This document shows positions 8,948-19,159 of a stretch of 64,000 nucleotides of DNA, piece by piece (position 1 is the stretch's first letter; each line of letters begins with the position of its first letter). The position numbers were made by a program, and so were the translations under genes. The notes below the pieces were generated by a model that saw only the letters and a list, made by a program, of their open reading frames with translations, was not told the DNA's origin and did no database searches. Origin of the DNA: an uncultured OM182 clade bacterium (GTDB lineage Bacteria; Pseudomonadota; Gammaproteobacteria; Pseudomonadales; Azotimanducaceae); assembly GCA_902567095.1 (NCBI GenBank), contig CACFLG010000005.1, positions 1,267 through 65,266 of the forward strand, written 5' to 3'.

Positions 8948-11485
8948 ATGAAACGAATGCTAATAAATGCAACCCATGAAGAAGAACTAAGGGTTGCTAT
9001 GGTCGACGGCCAAAAACTATATGATCTGGATATCGAAAAAAGGATCCGGGTTCAAAAAAAATCGAATATATATAAGGCAAGAGTCACTCGTGTCGAACCT
9101 AGCCTAGAAGCAGCCTTCGTCGACTATGGGGGGAATCGCCACGGATTCCTTCCCCTCAAAGAAATATCTAGAGAATACTTCAGTGTTCAGCCAAGCAGTA
9201 TTCGAGGAAAGATTAATATCCAAGATGTAATCAAGGAAAACCAGGAACTGATAGTACAAGTAGATAAAGAAGAGAGGGGGTCCAAGGGTGCTGCCCTTAC
9301 AACTATGCTGTCTCTTGCCGGCCGATACCTAGTTTTAATGCCTAATAACTCTCGCGCTGGAGGCATATCCAGAAGAATAGAAGGAGAAGAGCGCCAGGCA
9401 TTAAAGGAATCTATGTCACACTTAAATATCCCAAAAAACATGGGCGTCATCATTCGCACGGCAGGGGTTGACAGAAATGCTGAGGAACTCCAATGGGACC
9501 TTGACTACTTGTTAAACGTACATAACGCGATTACTAAAGCATCGGAAGAAAAAAAGGCCCCTTTTTTGATTTACCAAGAAAGCGACGTAATTACGCGCGC
9601 AGTGAGGGATTATTTAAAAGATGATATTGGAGAAATTCAACTGGATACGGTTGAAGCTTTTGACCAAGCTAATCAATTTATTGAACAAGTAATGCCGCAT
9701 TTCAAACCTAAGTTGAAGATGTACTCTAGCGATGTGCCGCTGTTTAATAGGTATCAAATAGAAAGCCAGATCGAAACCGCCTTTAACAGAGAAGTCAGAT
9801 TGCCCTCGGGTGGCTCACTAGTAATAGATCCTACCGAAGCTTTAGTATCAATTGATATTAATTCCTCCAGAGCTACCAGAGGAGCAGATATTGAAGATAC
9901 CGCGTTGAATACTAATCTTGAAGCTGCTACGGAGATATGCAGGCAATTGAGGCTCAGAGATATTGGTGGTTTAGTGGTCATAGATTTTATCGACATGATA
10001 TCACCTAAGAATCAAAGAATGATCGAAAATCGAATGCGGGATGAGCTTCAAATTGATAGAGCTCGAGTTCAGGTTGGCAGGATTTCTCAATTTGGTCTCT
10101 TAGAAATGTCGCGCCAAAGGCTGCGCCCCTCTTTGGGAGAAACGAGCGGTGTAGTCTGCCCTAGATGCGATGGTTTGGGGAGTATAAGAGATGTTGAATC
10201 ATCAGCTTTAGCGGTTCTTAGAATGGTTGAAGAAGAAGCTTTAAAAGAGACCAGCTCAGAAATTAGAGCGTTTTTACCCATAAGTGTTTCATCATTTGTC
10301 CTAAACGAAAAAAGAAAGATGCTTTTAGACATCGAACAAAGAAACAAGGTCTCTGTCGTTGTGGTGCCCGATCCTCAGTTAGATACACCCCATTATAGGG
10401 TTGAGCGTATACGATCCCAGGACTCAGAGGGAGACTTACCCCTCTCATATGAGATGAAACAACAAAAAGAAGAAGAAAATCAGACAACTAAGAGAACAAG
10501 TGAACCCGTAGTTGAAGAAGCAGCAGTAAAAAAAGTGGACCAAACACCTCGCTCTCGAGGGAATAGACAAGCAAAACAAGATGGAGAGGGATTTTTAAAA
10601 TGGCTTGTAAAACTTTTTCTTGGCTTCGAGAGGAAACCATCAAGGTCCAATGATGGGAACAAAAGGAGGGATAGGAACGTCAGAACTAGGCGATCCAATC
10701 CTCTAGATCGAGCTCGAAAAAGCAACCAAGCTAGCTCCCAATCAAACGGAGAGAGAAATAAAAGGGCTCGAAAAGCAGGGCCAGATGAAGAAAAGAAAAC
10801 TAGGAACAAGGATTTTTCCAGTACTGACCAAGTTCATGAATTAAAACCCAAATCAAGGAAAGCGCCCGAACAAGACGCGAGCAAGAGGAGGTCTCCTGGC
10901 TCTAGTTCGTCGAAGGAACTTGATAAAAACAAGCGAATAAAAGACCTTGATCTCGACAAACGCGCACGAGGGGGCAGAAAATCTCGAAATATCGATAGCG
11001 AGGAACTGGTAAATCTAGACGATAATACAAATGAAGAATCAGTCAGAGAGGAAAAAATTACTGGCCGTGAATTGCCTGTCCCGACTTCCGGTTTTGAGTC
11101 TGTGCAACCAAATCCGTCAGCAGATGGCGGACTCCAAGCAGCTAATAGCGATTCAACAGTCTCACCCTCCGACGCAGACGATGAAGTTGGTAATGAAGAA
11201 GATATAAATGAATCAATACCGCTAGAGCATTCTGAAATGAACCCAAGCACTGAAAGTAGGACTTCGGCAAGCCAAAGCACAGAGTTCAAACCGTTTGAAG
11301 CTGCGAGAGCGCCTAATGACCCTAGGTTAAACCCAAGAGAAATTCCCCAGGGCCCGGTATTACAGAACGCTCCTAGAATATTAGTGGAGTCTTACCTAGC
11401 TGCTGAAAAAAGAGTTATTTTAGAGAGTCACCCGAGCCAACTGGGGCGTGTCAATAATGACCCGAGGAGAGCTAGCGGCAGTTAA
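8948..11485 (+). CDS. rne: ribonuclease E
   Basis: 845 aa. N-terminus [31 protein letters not shown]1 domain and catalytic core, followed by an Arg/Lys/Glu-rich low-complexity scaffold half. Confidence 0.95.
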   Translation: MKRMLINATHEEELRVAMVDGQKLYDLDIEKRIRVQKKSNIYKARVTRVEPSLEAAFVDYGGNRHGFLPLKEISREYFSVQPSSIRGKINIQDVIKENQELIVQVDKEERGSKGAALTTMLSLAGRYLVLMPNNSRAGGISRRIEGEERQALKESMSHLNIPKNMGVIIRTAGVDRNAEELQWDLDYLLNVHNAITKASEEKKAPFLIYQESDVITRAVRDYLKDDIGEIQLDTVEAFDQANQFIEQVMPHFKPKLKMYSSDVPLFNRYQIESQIETAFNREVRLPSGGSLVIDPTEALVSIDINSSRATRGADIEDTALNTNLEAATEICRQLRLRDIGGLVVIDFIDMISPKNQRMIENRMRDELQIDRARVQVGRISQFGLLEMSRQRLRPSLGETSGVVCPRCDGLGSIRDVESSALAVLRMVEEEALKETSSEIRAFLPISVSSFVLNEKRKMLLDIEQRNKVSVVVVPDPQLDTPHYRVERIRSQDSEGDLPLSYEMKQQKEEENQTTKRTSEPVVEEAAVKKVDQTPRSRGNRQAKQDGEGFLKWLVKLFLGFERKPSRSNDGNKRRDRNVRTRRSNPLDRARKSNQASSQSNGERNKRARKAGPDEEKKTRNKDFSSTDQVHELKPKSRKAPEQDASKRRSPGSSSSKELDKNKRIKDLDLDKRARGGRKSRNIDSEELVNLDDNTNEESVREEKITGRELPVPTSGFESVQPNPSADGGLQAANSDSTVSPSDADDEVGNEEDINESIPLEHSEMNPSTESRTSASQSTEFKPFEAARAPNDPRLNPREIPQGPVLQNAPRILVESYLAAEKRVILESHPSQLGRVNNDPRRASGS

Positions 11486-11530
11486 TATAGTTATAAGTCC
11501 TCATCGCCCCAGATGCTTTTTAGGAAAGCG

Positions 11531-12529
11531 CTAGATTGGCTGCTCGGGGAGGACCTCGGGCTCTATCTCAAGGCTCACATCATAGGCACTATGAACACGC
11601 GTCTTAATAAGCTTAGATAATTTTTTTAGGTCATCAAATGTTCCTGCCGAATGATTGATTATCACGAGAGCGTGTTGTCGAGAGATAGAGACCCCTCCTA
11701 TTGACTGACCCTTTAGGTCCAAAGAATCGATAAGCCAAGCTGCAGAAAGCTTGATACCATGCCGATAAACATATCCTGGAATGTTTGGAAATTGGCTTTC
11801 GAGAATCTTATATTTTTCAGCTGTAACAACAGGGTTTTTAAAAAAACTTCCAACATTAGGAAATCGTCTTAAGTCCGGTAATTTTCTCTTTCTAGCAACA
11901 CAAACAGCGCGGTAAATTGTTCCTGAACTCATTTCTAAATTATGTTTTTCAAGATATATCCTGACGTCGGGATACTCCCAAACTAGTTCATTTCCTGAGG
12001 AAATAGTTATGCTCGTAACACACCATTCTTTTTCTTTTTTGAACTTGCTATCGCGATAGGAAAACTCGCAATCCGTGTTTGAGAAAGTTACGGTTTCGCT
12101 AGTAAAAAGATTGAGAGCCTCTACAGATTTTAATCTGTCACTCAGCTCTACTCCATATGCGCCAATATTTTGAATCGGTGCCGCCCCAACGGTCCCAGGA
12201 ATCAGCCCTAAATTCTCTAACCCTTGAAAGCCCTTTAAATCACAAGACCTAACTAACTCTTCCCAATTTTCTCCCGAAGAGGCTTTGAGCTGATTTTCAG
12301 AAAAAGTTCTTCCTCTTAAATTATTTTTAATAACCAGGCCATCTATATGAGTGCCTAAAATCAGGTTTGTTCCTGAACCTAAAACAAATACATCCAGAGA
12401 TCTATCTTTCGCAAATGCAACCGCCTCAGACAATTCCTCAATATTAAATGCCTCACAGAACCAACGCGCCGTGGAGTTAAGTCCGAAGCTATTTAGCTTC
12501 CTCAAGGAAAAACTCTCCTGAAACCTCAA
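11531..12529 (-). CDS. murB: UDP-N-acetylenolpyruvoylglucosamine reductase
   Basis: 332 aa with an FAD-binding PCMH-type N-terminus (VLGSGTNLI), a C-terminal MurB domain (GSFFKNP) and AAWLID. Confidence 0.9.
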   Translation of the reverse strand: MRFQESFSLRKLNSFGLNSTARWFCEAFNIEELSEAVAFAKDRSLDVFVLGSGTNLILGTHIDGLVIKNNLRGRTFSENQLKASSGENWEELVRSCDLKGFQGLENLGLIPGTVGAAPIQNIGAYGVELSDRLKSVEALNLFTSETVTFSNTDCEFSYRDSKFKKEKEWCVTSITISSGNELVWEYPDVRIYLEKHNLEMSSGTIYRAVCVARKRKLPDLRRFPNVGSFFKNPVVTAEKYKILESQFPNIPGYVYRHGIKLSAAWLIDSLDLKGQSIGGVSISRQHALVIINHSAGTFDDLKKLSKLIKTRVHSAYDVSLEIEPEVLPEQPI

Positions 12530-12608
12530 ATATTCCTCTCTCTAGACTGGAAGATGATCACGTAACGAAAAAAAGTATACAATACAACCCGTTAAAGAGG
12601 AGCTAAAA

Positions 12609-13379
12609 ATGGAATTGAAAGAGAAAATTGCGTTCATTACGGGTGGAGCTTCAGGCTTAGGTAAGGCCACTGCAGAATATTTTATAGCCGCTGGAGCAAA
12701 AGTAATGCTTTTTGATCTGAGCCCTGAGAACGCAGAGGTCGCAGCGCAAGAGCTTGGAGAGAACGCTGATTGGTCGTCTGGTGATGTCTCTAATGAAAGT
12801 GACGTAAACCAAGCCATACTCAAAACAAAAGAACGTTTTGGAGGTTTGCATATTAATATCAATAGTGCTGGCATAGGAGCAGCAGCCAGGACGCTCGGAA
12901 AAAACGGGCCTATGGCAATCCAACAATTTGAGTTTGTAATCAAAGTAAACCTCTTAGGCACGTTCAATTGCTTGCGGCTATGCGCCGCTGAGATGAAAAA
13001 TAATGAACAAAAAACAGAGGACGGCGAAAAAGGCGTCATTGTAAATGTAGCCTCGGTAGCGGCCTTTGATGGCCAAATAGGACAGGCAGCCTACAGCGCG
13101 TCCAAAGCAGGCGTTGCGGGCATGACACTGCCTATTGCGAGAGATTTAGGAAGAGACGGTATCAGAGTCGCGACCATTGCTCCCGGTATTTTTGAAACAC
13201 CCATGATGAAATCTGCTCCACCGCAAGTTCGTGAACCCTTAGTAGAGATGACTCAATTTCCGAAACGCCTAGGCAACCCAGTAGAATTCGCTGAGACAGC
13301 AGCGCACATCGTAAGATGCAGCTACATAAATGGCGAAGTAATCCGTCTCGATGGAGGAATCCGAATGGCTCCAAAATAA
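12609..13379 (+). CDS. SDR oxidoreductase, 3-hydroxyacyl-CoA dehydrogenase type-2-like
   Basis: 256 aa with TGGASGLG, NSAG and YSASKAG motifs. It is convergent with UGSC selenoprotein copy 1. Confidence 0.85.
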   Translation: MELKEKIAFITGGASGLGKATAEYFIAAGAKVMLFDLSPENAEVAAQELGENADWSSGDVSNESDVNQAILKTKERFGGLHININSAGIGAAARTLGKNGPMAIQQFEFVIKVNLLGTFNCLRLCAAEMKNNEQKTEDGEKGVIVNVASVAAFDGQIGQAAYSASKAGVAGMTLPIARDLGRDGIRVATIAPGIFETPMMKSAPPQVREPLVEMTQFPKRLGNPVEFAETAAHIVRCSYINGEVIRLDGGIRMAPK

Positions 13380-13398
13380 AGGTTAACCAGACATCAAC

Positions 13399-13920
13399 TC
13401 AAAACTTTGAGGTTGAAATCATAGCTATTACCTCTGAAAAGTATCGGTCAGCCAAATGAACTATCTCTTGATCGCTTCGATCCTGTATGGGATGTTCAAC
13501 AAACACCTTAAAAGGATCAAAGCCAAGTGACAAGGCCTGAGCTTGGGCTGCATCTACGAATTCAGAGGAAGCTACAAAGCCTCCAGGCACGCCTCTGCTA
13601 TCTAGGTCCATAATGTCATGCAAACTGCACGACGTGCACGAACCTCAGTCTGCCAGAGCCTCAATCACCGCGTCGCAACTTGCTGCGATTTCATTCTTAA
13701 GCTCTATCGGAGCTACTCGAGTGAACGTAGGCTTAGAGAATCTCCTTACTCCAATTCCCTTCTCATGAAGCCTGTTCGCTATTCTATCTAAGAAAAAATC
13801 TCCCTTAGGTTTCGAGATATCCAAAAGCCCTACGGTCTTTTTTTGAAGATTATTCAATCGTTTTAAAGGAAGTCTTTTCGAAGATTTCTGTTCACTCGTG
13901 GGATCAAGTAGATTAGTCAT
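13399..13920 (-). CDS. UGSC-motif selenoprotein, copy 1 (in-frame UGA = Sec at 13642-13644)
   Basis: Track ORFs 13645-13920 and 13399-13623 are in the same frame (13920-13623=297). The minus-strand read across the junction is GCT CTG GCA GAC TGA GGT TCG TGC ACG, i.e. ...IEALAD-U-GSCTSC... It is a paralog of 47098-47631. selA, selB and selC are all in this window. Confidence 0.8.
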
Positions 13921-13929
13921 ATCATTCTC

Positions 13930-15345
13930 TCATGCAATTTTTCTCGTGACCGGGGCGCTTCCGACCTTGCCGCTCGCACCCCAGCCGGCAATAATGGCGG
14001 AAAACATACCTGCCTTGCCGCCCGCCCGAACGATCAGTAAACCACCGTCACGGAATTTCGGGATCTGTTTGGACTTGAATCTTAAAGGGAGACCTTCAGA
14101 TATTCCATCAGCGCCTGCAACTAATTCCTCTCCCGAGACGATCAAAAGTCCTCCCAGTCTATTTTTCAAATCAGCCTTTGTCCAACCAGCGAGGCGAAAA
14201 ACTCGCTCGTGTTCGGGCGAGACCACCAGTATAGCATCGGATGCCAATGCTAGTTTTGGGTGTCCGACTGATCTAAGCCCAGCAGCAAAAGTTCTGCTTA
14301 AAGATTCAGGATCTCGCGATTTTTGGTCTACAATTGCTTGAACTCCATCTGCGGCGAATAAAGTGACTGAGGAGCACCCTGGCGCTATCCCCCGTTCTTG
14401 CGCTAATGGTTCCCAATAGGAGCCGTCTTCGTCCTCAGCAAAACAAAAGCCAACCTTCCCCGGCGTACCGAAAGCTGAACGATCGACCTCTTGGGGCTTG
14501 CCGCCTCCTACATTTCGAATAACTAGCTGTAAAGCTCGTCCTATAGTTGAGTTAGCCCTATTGCCCTGACCTAAAACATTGCCCTGAGAATTCATGCCTA
14601 TCTCTCGAGCTATCGGCCCGTTTACTATAATCAAGGGCCCCGAGAAGTAAGTGGTGGCTAACAAACCATGCATACAAAACTCATCTTGTAACGCGGCCTC
14701 AACCGAGGCAATAACCACAGGCAAATATTGCGGGAGACACCCCGCTAAAACTGCGTTTATCGCAATTTTTTCAACCGAGCATTCAACCAGGTTTGGAGGA
14801 ATCACCCCAATAATATCTTGAGGATGGCGAGTAGTTCCTGAAAGCATTCTCAGGACTCTTTCTTTTGTAGGGGGGACAACTGGGAGCCCATCAGACCAAC
14901 CTCTAGAATAGCAAGCTTCAATTTCATCCTCATGTTCGGCGAGAGAAATGTCTCTTGATTTGATTACCTTGTCACCATACTTTGCGGCAAGCTTTTCCGG
15001 CATCCCTGGCGCCAAGGTATCTGAACCACAGCCTGGTTTATACTTGACCATCTTTTCGGGGATCTCGATTTGAAGGAACTCTGCCCATTCCTCTGAATTC
15101 CAACCCTCAATTCGATCTAATTCTTTTCCGTCTTTGCCGTAGCTTATTAACGTTGGCACTATCTCGATACTCGCTTCCCATGAACGTCGCAACCCCAAAT
15201 CTTCTCTTACCTCCAGACCTTGAGAAAAAGAAGAACCGTCCTGACAGAGAATTTCGGCGCTGTTTTTTTTTAGAAAGCTTTCAAGGATAGGCGCAACTAA
15301 CTTGCAGGTCTCACAGCCTTGTTTTAGAAAGACTACCAAGCTCAA
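13930..15345 (-). CDS. Thioredoxin-fold (CxxC) domain fused to an uncharacterised ~350-aa domain; UGSC partner protein, copy 1
   Basis: 471 aa. N-terminus VVFLKQGCETCKLVAPIL...VPTLI (CxxC plus cis-Pro motif). The remainder aligns by eye with 47624-48694 (DGLPVVPPT/DGLPVVVPT, EKIAINAVLAGC/EKIAVAAVMAGC, PLIIVNGP, RANSTIGRAL/RANASIGRAL, GGGKP/GGGRP). It starts 1 nt after the kdsB stop. Confidence 0.75.
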   Translation of the reverse strand: MSLVVFLKQGCETCKLVAPILESFLKKNSAEILCQDGSSFSQGLEVREDLGLRRSWEASIEIVPTLISYGKDGKELDRIEGWNSEEWAEFLQIEIPEKMVKYKPGCGSDTLAPGMPEKLAAKYGDKVIKSRDISLAEHEDEIEACYSRGWSDGLPVVPPTKERVLRMLSGTTRHPQDIIGVIPPNLVECSVEKIAINAVLAGCLPQYLPVVIASVEAALQDEFCMHGLLATTYFSGPLIIVNGPIAREIGMNSQGNVLGQGNRANSTIGRALQLVIRNVGGGKPQEVDRSAFGTPGKVGFCFAEDEDGSYWEPLAQERGIAPGCSSVTLFAADGVQAIVDQKSRDPESLSRTFAAGLRSVGHPKLALASDAILVVSPEHERVFRLAGWTKADLKNRLGGLLIVSGEELVAGADGISEGLPLRFKSKQIPKFRDGGLLIVRAGGKAGMFSAIIAGWGASGKVGSAPVTRKIA

Positions 15346-15346
15346 C

Positions 15347-16090
15347 TTATTCTTCCTCTCTCAACTGATAATCAACTCTCTTAGCATCTTCAAGGGTATC
15401 CACTCCTGGAGGAGAGCTGATCAAGGCTTCGACAACTTTTATGCTCATCCCGCAAACCAACATCCTGAGCTGCTCTAGTTTTTCTATTAATTCTAGATCA
15501 CAGGGTTCGTGCTTCACATAACTTTTTAGTTTTCTAAAAGTATAAGCGTAAATTCCGATATGCCGAAGGTGCTCCGAACTAAAAAGGTCGTTTGTGCTAG
15601 GAGGTGAAGCTTTGGGGTCGCAAGGGATCGGTGCTCTGGAAAAATACAAGGCCCTGTGCTTTTGATCCCGCACCACTTTCACGACATTATTATTAATAAA
15701 ATCTTCGACGGATTTAATCCTCTCGCACAAGGTAACCACTTCGTTCTCTTGATTTATCTCGGCCGCAACCTGTTGAATTGAACGGGGCGGGATTTGAGGC
15801 TCATCTCCCTGGACATTGACGATAATATCATTCTCACCAAGATCTAAAATCGTCGCAGCTTCACAAACTCTCTCAGTTCCAGAAAGATGATCCGGAGACG
15901 TCATAATCCCTTCGCCGCCGAAACCTATGACTTCCTGAAGTATTTCTCTATTATCCGTGGCTACCACGACTCTTGCAGCTCCACTTTCTTGCGCTTTCAA
16001 ATAAACACGCTCTATCATAGTCAATCCATCTAACTTAATTAGAGGCTTCCCGGGTAATCTAGTCGATCCGTATCTTGCCGGGATTATCAC
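15347..16090 (-). CDS. kdsB: 3-deoxy-manno-octulosonate cytidylyltransferase
   Basis: IIPARYGSTRLPGKPL N-terminus, NVQGDEP motif, 247 aa. Confidence 0.93.
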   Translation of the reverse strand: MIIPARYGSTRLPGKPLIKLDGLTMIERVYLKAQESGAARVVVATDNREILQEVIGFGGEGIMTSPDHLSGTERVCEAATILDLGENDIIVNVQGDEPQIPPRSIQQVAAEINQENEVVTLCERIKSVEDFINNNVVKVVRDQKHRALYFSRAPIPCDPKASPPSTNDLFSSEHLRHIGIYAYTFRKLKSYVKHEPCDLELIEKLEQLRMLVCGMSIKVVEALISSPPGVDTLEDAKRVDYQLREEE

Positions 16091-16101
16091 ATTGAACGCA
16101 G

Positions 16102-16305
16102 TTATTTCTCTATCTCCAATTTTCTTGCCAGCTCAGGAATCATGATCGGGATATCATCTTCGATGGGAAACGCCAATTTGTCGACAAAACAAATCAATTC
16201 ATGACTATCTTGTTGATAGGTTAGATTCCCTTTGCATATAGGACAAACTAATATATCTAAGAGAGTCTTTTCTAGTGCCATGTTTTTAAAACCTTCTTTA
16301 TACAA
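16102..16305 (-). CDS. ycaR: Trm112/YcaR (UPF0434) family small zinc-ribbon protein
   Basis: 67 aa with LLDILVCPICKG...L and DDIPIM motifs, between lpxK and kdsB as in E. coli. Confidence 0.85.
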   Translation of the reverse strand: MYKEGFKNMALEKTLLDILVCPICKGNLTYQQDSHELICFVDKLAFPIEDDIPIMIPELARKLEIEK

Positions 16306-19159
16306 GCATCCTGGTTACTCGATCCATTACTTCCTCTTGAACGATGGCCTCAACTTCCAAGTACCAGATTTTTTCCTTATTTATATTCAGATACTTAACC
16401 TTGACTGCGTCTTTCTCCGTTAATAATACCACTTCGTCATCAAATGAGAGGTCCGCTTCATTAAACGAGTAATGATCTGGATATTCGATTGACCGATAAT
16501 TATATCCTAGTTGATTCAAGGTCGACCAAAAACGGTTGGCGTTACCCAATGCAGCCATTGCGGTCAATTGGACCCCTTTCAAAGCGTCAACTTCTCTCTC
16601 TTCACCAGACCCGAGGTTTACAAGTCGAGTGGGCACAACATCAAGGGTAAACGGCTCTTTGTCCAGAGAAATCAATTTGCTAGAAATATTTCCATTAACC
16701 AAAACGAGGTCGATTGTTTTAATCCTTGAAATTGGTTCTCGCAACGGACCAGCGGGGAGACAAAAACCGTTTCCAAATCCCCTTTCCCCATCAACGATCA
16801 GAATTTCGAAGTCTCTGTCAAGCTTATAATGCTGCAGCCCATCGTCGCTAATTATCAAATCAACTTGGTGGTTCGCTAATAGAGTTTTGGCTGCTCGAAC
16901 TCGATCTGGATCTACAACTACGGGGACTGAAGTTCTTCGTCTTATCAAATAAGGTTCGTCTCCTGACATATAAGAACCAGTGGCATCAGACATGTCTAAC
17001 GGATAAGAATCTGCGTTACCGCCGTAACCTCTCGAGATAACTCCCGGTCGATATCCAATACTCTTCAGATGTTTTACCAGCGACACAACGAATGGTGTTT
17101 TCCCGGTTCCGCCCACTGTTAAGTTGCCAACAACAATAACTGGGACTTGAGAACTCCATTTAGAGCTTAGACGGAGGTGAAGTTTTCTCAGAAAAAAACT
17201 GGCTCGATAAAGAGCCTCCAACGGTCTAAGCAGATATAACCACCCAGCATCAGAGTACCAAGCATTGACTATTCTAGAGGTCTCGATTGGCAAATTGGGA
17301 GAATTCCAGGAAACAGTTCTGTCTCTATTGTTTTCGGGCATACGAGAAACATTTTTGCTTTTTTTAGGCGTCCAATCGTCGGCCTGATGAAGCCTCGCAT
17401 AAGCTCCGCCCGCTTCTAACAAGTCTTGATGCGTACCCTCCTCCGCTACCCTGCCCTGATCCAGAACAAAAATTCTATCCGCCATTTCGATGGTTGATAG
17501 TCTATGGGCAATAACAAATGTCGTTCTGCCTTTAACTACCGCTCCCAAAGCGGATCTTATTGATTTTTCTGACTCAGTGTCTAGAGCCGAAGTCGCCTCG
17601 TCTAATATCAAAACTGGTGCATCTTTTAAAAAAGCTCTTGCTATGGCTATCCTCTGCCTCTGGCCTCCAGAAAGCATGACCCCATTATCCCCTACGACCG
17701 TGTCGAGACCATCGGGCATCTGGACAATAAATTCCCAAGCAAATGATTTTTTTGCAGCTTCTTCGACTTGTTCGCGGGACGACTTTTTTAGAGATCCATA
17801 TCGGATATTGTTTAATATCGAATCGTTAAACAGTACAACTTGTTGACTCACGATGGAGATATGGTCTCTGAGACCAGTCAGTGCGAAATTCTGCAAAGGT
17901 TCATTATCCAATAATATCTGACCTGATGTGACCTCATAAAAGCGAGGGATCAGACTAACAAGGGTGCTCTTACCGCTACCCGATTTTCCAACTAGAGCAA
18001 CTGTTTCCCCTGGTTTCGCATAAAGGCTGATATTCTGGAGGACTCTGCTAGCTTCTTGCTGATAGCCAAAGGACACATCTTTGAACTCAATCGACCCTTC
18101 TATTTCGTCCACCATCAACTTCCCGTCATCCTGCTCAGGAGTCTCATCAAAGACATCAAAGATATCCTCTGCGGCAGCCAGTCCTCTCTGAATTTTAGCC
18201 ACCACTTCGGATAAGTTTCGAATAGGCTTCGCCAGCAATCCGCCCGTTGTTATGAAAGCTATTACGGATCCCGCTGACATGTCAGCTAAAAAAATAGGGT
18301 CCAAAACTAACCAGACCAGACCAGCTAAGGATAGAGAAACCAAAAACTGAATCACTGGTGTCGCTAATGAGGCAGTCATTACCATTTTTATGGATTGCCG
18401 TCGATTATCGCCGCTTACAGTTTCAAATCTAGCGGTTTCAAACTCTTTTCCTCCAAATGTCCTGACCTCCCTATGACCTTGAATTGCTTCAGAGGCGACG
18501 TGGGTAATACCTCCTACAGACACCTGAATTCTTTCGCTGATCCGTCTAAACCTTTTGCCGGCGTACGTCACTAACAACCCAATAAGCGGAGCAACCAAAA
18601 CAAACAAAAGCGTGAGCTTCCAGTTTAGGTAAAGCAGCAAGGCCAAATAACCCAACACGGTAAAGCCTTCTCTAAGAATTATACGAACCGCATCCGTCGC
18701 CGCGTCAGTCACTTGGGAAACGTGATAGGTGACTTTAGATACTAGATGGCCCATTGCGTGCTTGTCATAGAAACTGCTTGGCAAGCTAAGAAGCCTTCCG
18801 AACAATTCACACCTCAGATTGTGCACCAGATTGTTTGCAACGAGCGCAATAAAATAGTTTCCAGAGAAGCTGCCCACTCCACGCAGGATAGCTATTAGGA
18901 TTATCCCCAAAGGGATAAGCACCCTATCAAGCTGATCTGCCGGGCCAAATATTTTTTCAAAGTAGACCTTAGCGCCGCTTCCAAATTCGGGCGTATTTTC
19001 CCCTAACGAGTCGACAATAAAGGCAATCAATTGAACAAAGCCAACGTTCGCCAGGGAGTAGAGTAGAAAACCAATCATGCTTAGCAAAAATGCGCCCCAA
19101 TAGGGAATGACATAAGCAAGCAAACGACTATAAATCCCCAAGTCTGAGCTCATATTCAT
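16298..19159 (-). CDS. Fusion protein: lipid A export ABC transporter MsbA (N-terminal ~590 aa) plus tetraacyldisaccharide 4'-kinase LpxK (C-terminal ~330 aa)
   Basis: A single 953-aa ORF. The ABC half has six TM segments, Walker A GKSGSGKST, signature LSGGQRQR and Walker B LILDEATSALD. After a ~40-aa linker the LpxK P-loop VIVVGNLTVGGTGKTP and ISRGYGG follow. Confidence 0.9.
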   Translation of the reverse strand: MNMSSDLGIYSRLLAYVIPYWGAFLLSMIGFLLYSLANVGFVQLIAFIVDSLGENTPEFGSGAKVYFEKIFGPADQLDRVLIPLGIILIAILRGVGSFSGNYFIALVANNLVHNLRCELFGRLLSLPSSFYDKHAMGHLVSKVTYHVSQVTDAATDAVRIILREGFTVLGYLALLLYLNWKLTLLFVLVAPLIGLLVTYAGKRFRRISERIQVSVGGITHVASEAIQGHREVRTFGGKEFETARFETVSGDNRRQSIKMVMTASLATPVIQFLVSLSLAGLVWLVLDPIFLADMSAGSVIAFITTGGLLAKPIRNLSEVVAKIQRGLAAAEDIFDVFDETPEQDDGKLMVDEIEGSIEFKDVSFGYQQEASRVLQNISLYAKPGETVALVGKSGSGKSTLVSLIPRFYEVTSGQILLDNEPLQNFALTGLRDHISIVSQQVVLFNDSILNNIRYGSLKKSSREQVEEAAKKSFAWEFIVQMPDGLDTVVGDNGVMLSGGQRQRIAIARAFLKDAPVLILDEATSALDTESEKSIRSALGAVVKGRTTFVIAHRLSTIEMADRIFVLDQGRVAEEGTHQDLLEAGGAYARLHQADDWTPKKSKNVSRMPENNRDRTVSWNSPNLPIETSRIVNAWYSDAGWLYLLRPLEALYRASFFLRKLHLRLSSKWSSQVPVIVVGNLTVGGTGKTPFVVSLVKHLKSIGYRPGVISRGYGGNADSYPLDMSDATGSYMSGDEPYLIRRRTSVPVVVDPDRVRAAKTLLANHQVDLIISDDGLQHYKLDRDFEILIVDGERGFGNGFCLPAGPLREPISRIKTIDLVLVNGNISSKLISLDKEPFTLDVVPTRLVNLGSGEEREVDALKGVQLTAMAALGNANRFWSTLNQLGYNYRSIEYPDHYSFNEADLSFDDEVVLLTEKDAVKVKYLNINKEKIWYLEVEAIVQEEVMDRVTRMLV

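Noticed and set aside
10400-11485. Low-complexity Arg/Lys/Glu/Ser-rich coding region, considered as a possible tandem repeat or foreign insert.
   Set aside because: This is the expected non-catalytic scaffold half of RNase E. I saw no exact nucleotide repeats.
12542-13039. Long antisense ORFs from the track: 12542-13039 (-), 10480-11289 (-), 35823-36341 (-), 43599-44213 (-), 57525-57956 (-), 60784-61305 (+), 5767-6180 (+) and 4982-5434 (+).
   Set aside because: Each lies entirely opposite a gene with strong family motifs. Their translations are Ser/Pro/Arg-rich shadow frames with no motifs.
13399-13920. Reading the split ORF pairs (13399-13623/13645-13920, 39038-39238/39242-39565, 47098-47385/47407-47631) as pseudogenes with nonsense mutations, or as evidence for a TGA=Trp genetic code.
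   Set aside because: All three interruptions are TGA, are in frame, and fall on a redox-motif position (a Cys in Bcp; the same column in both UGSC paralogs). selA, selB and a tRNA-Sec are present. Many other genes here clearly terminate at TGA, so a global reassignment is unlikely.
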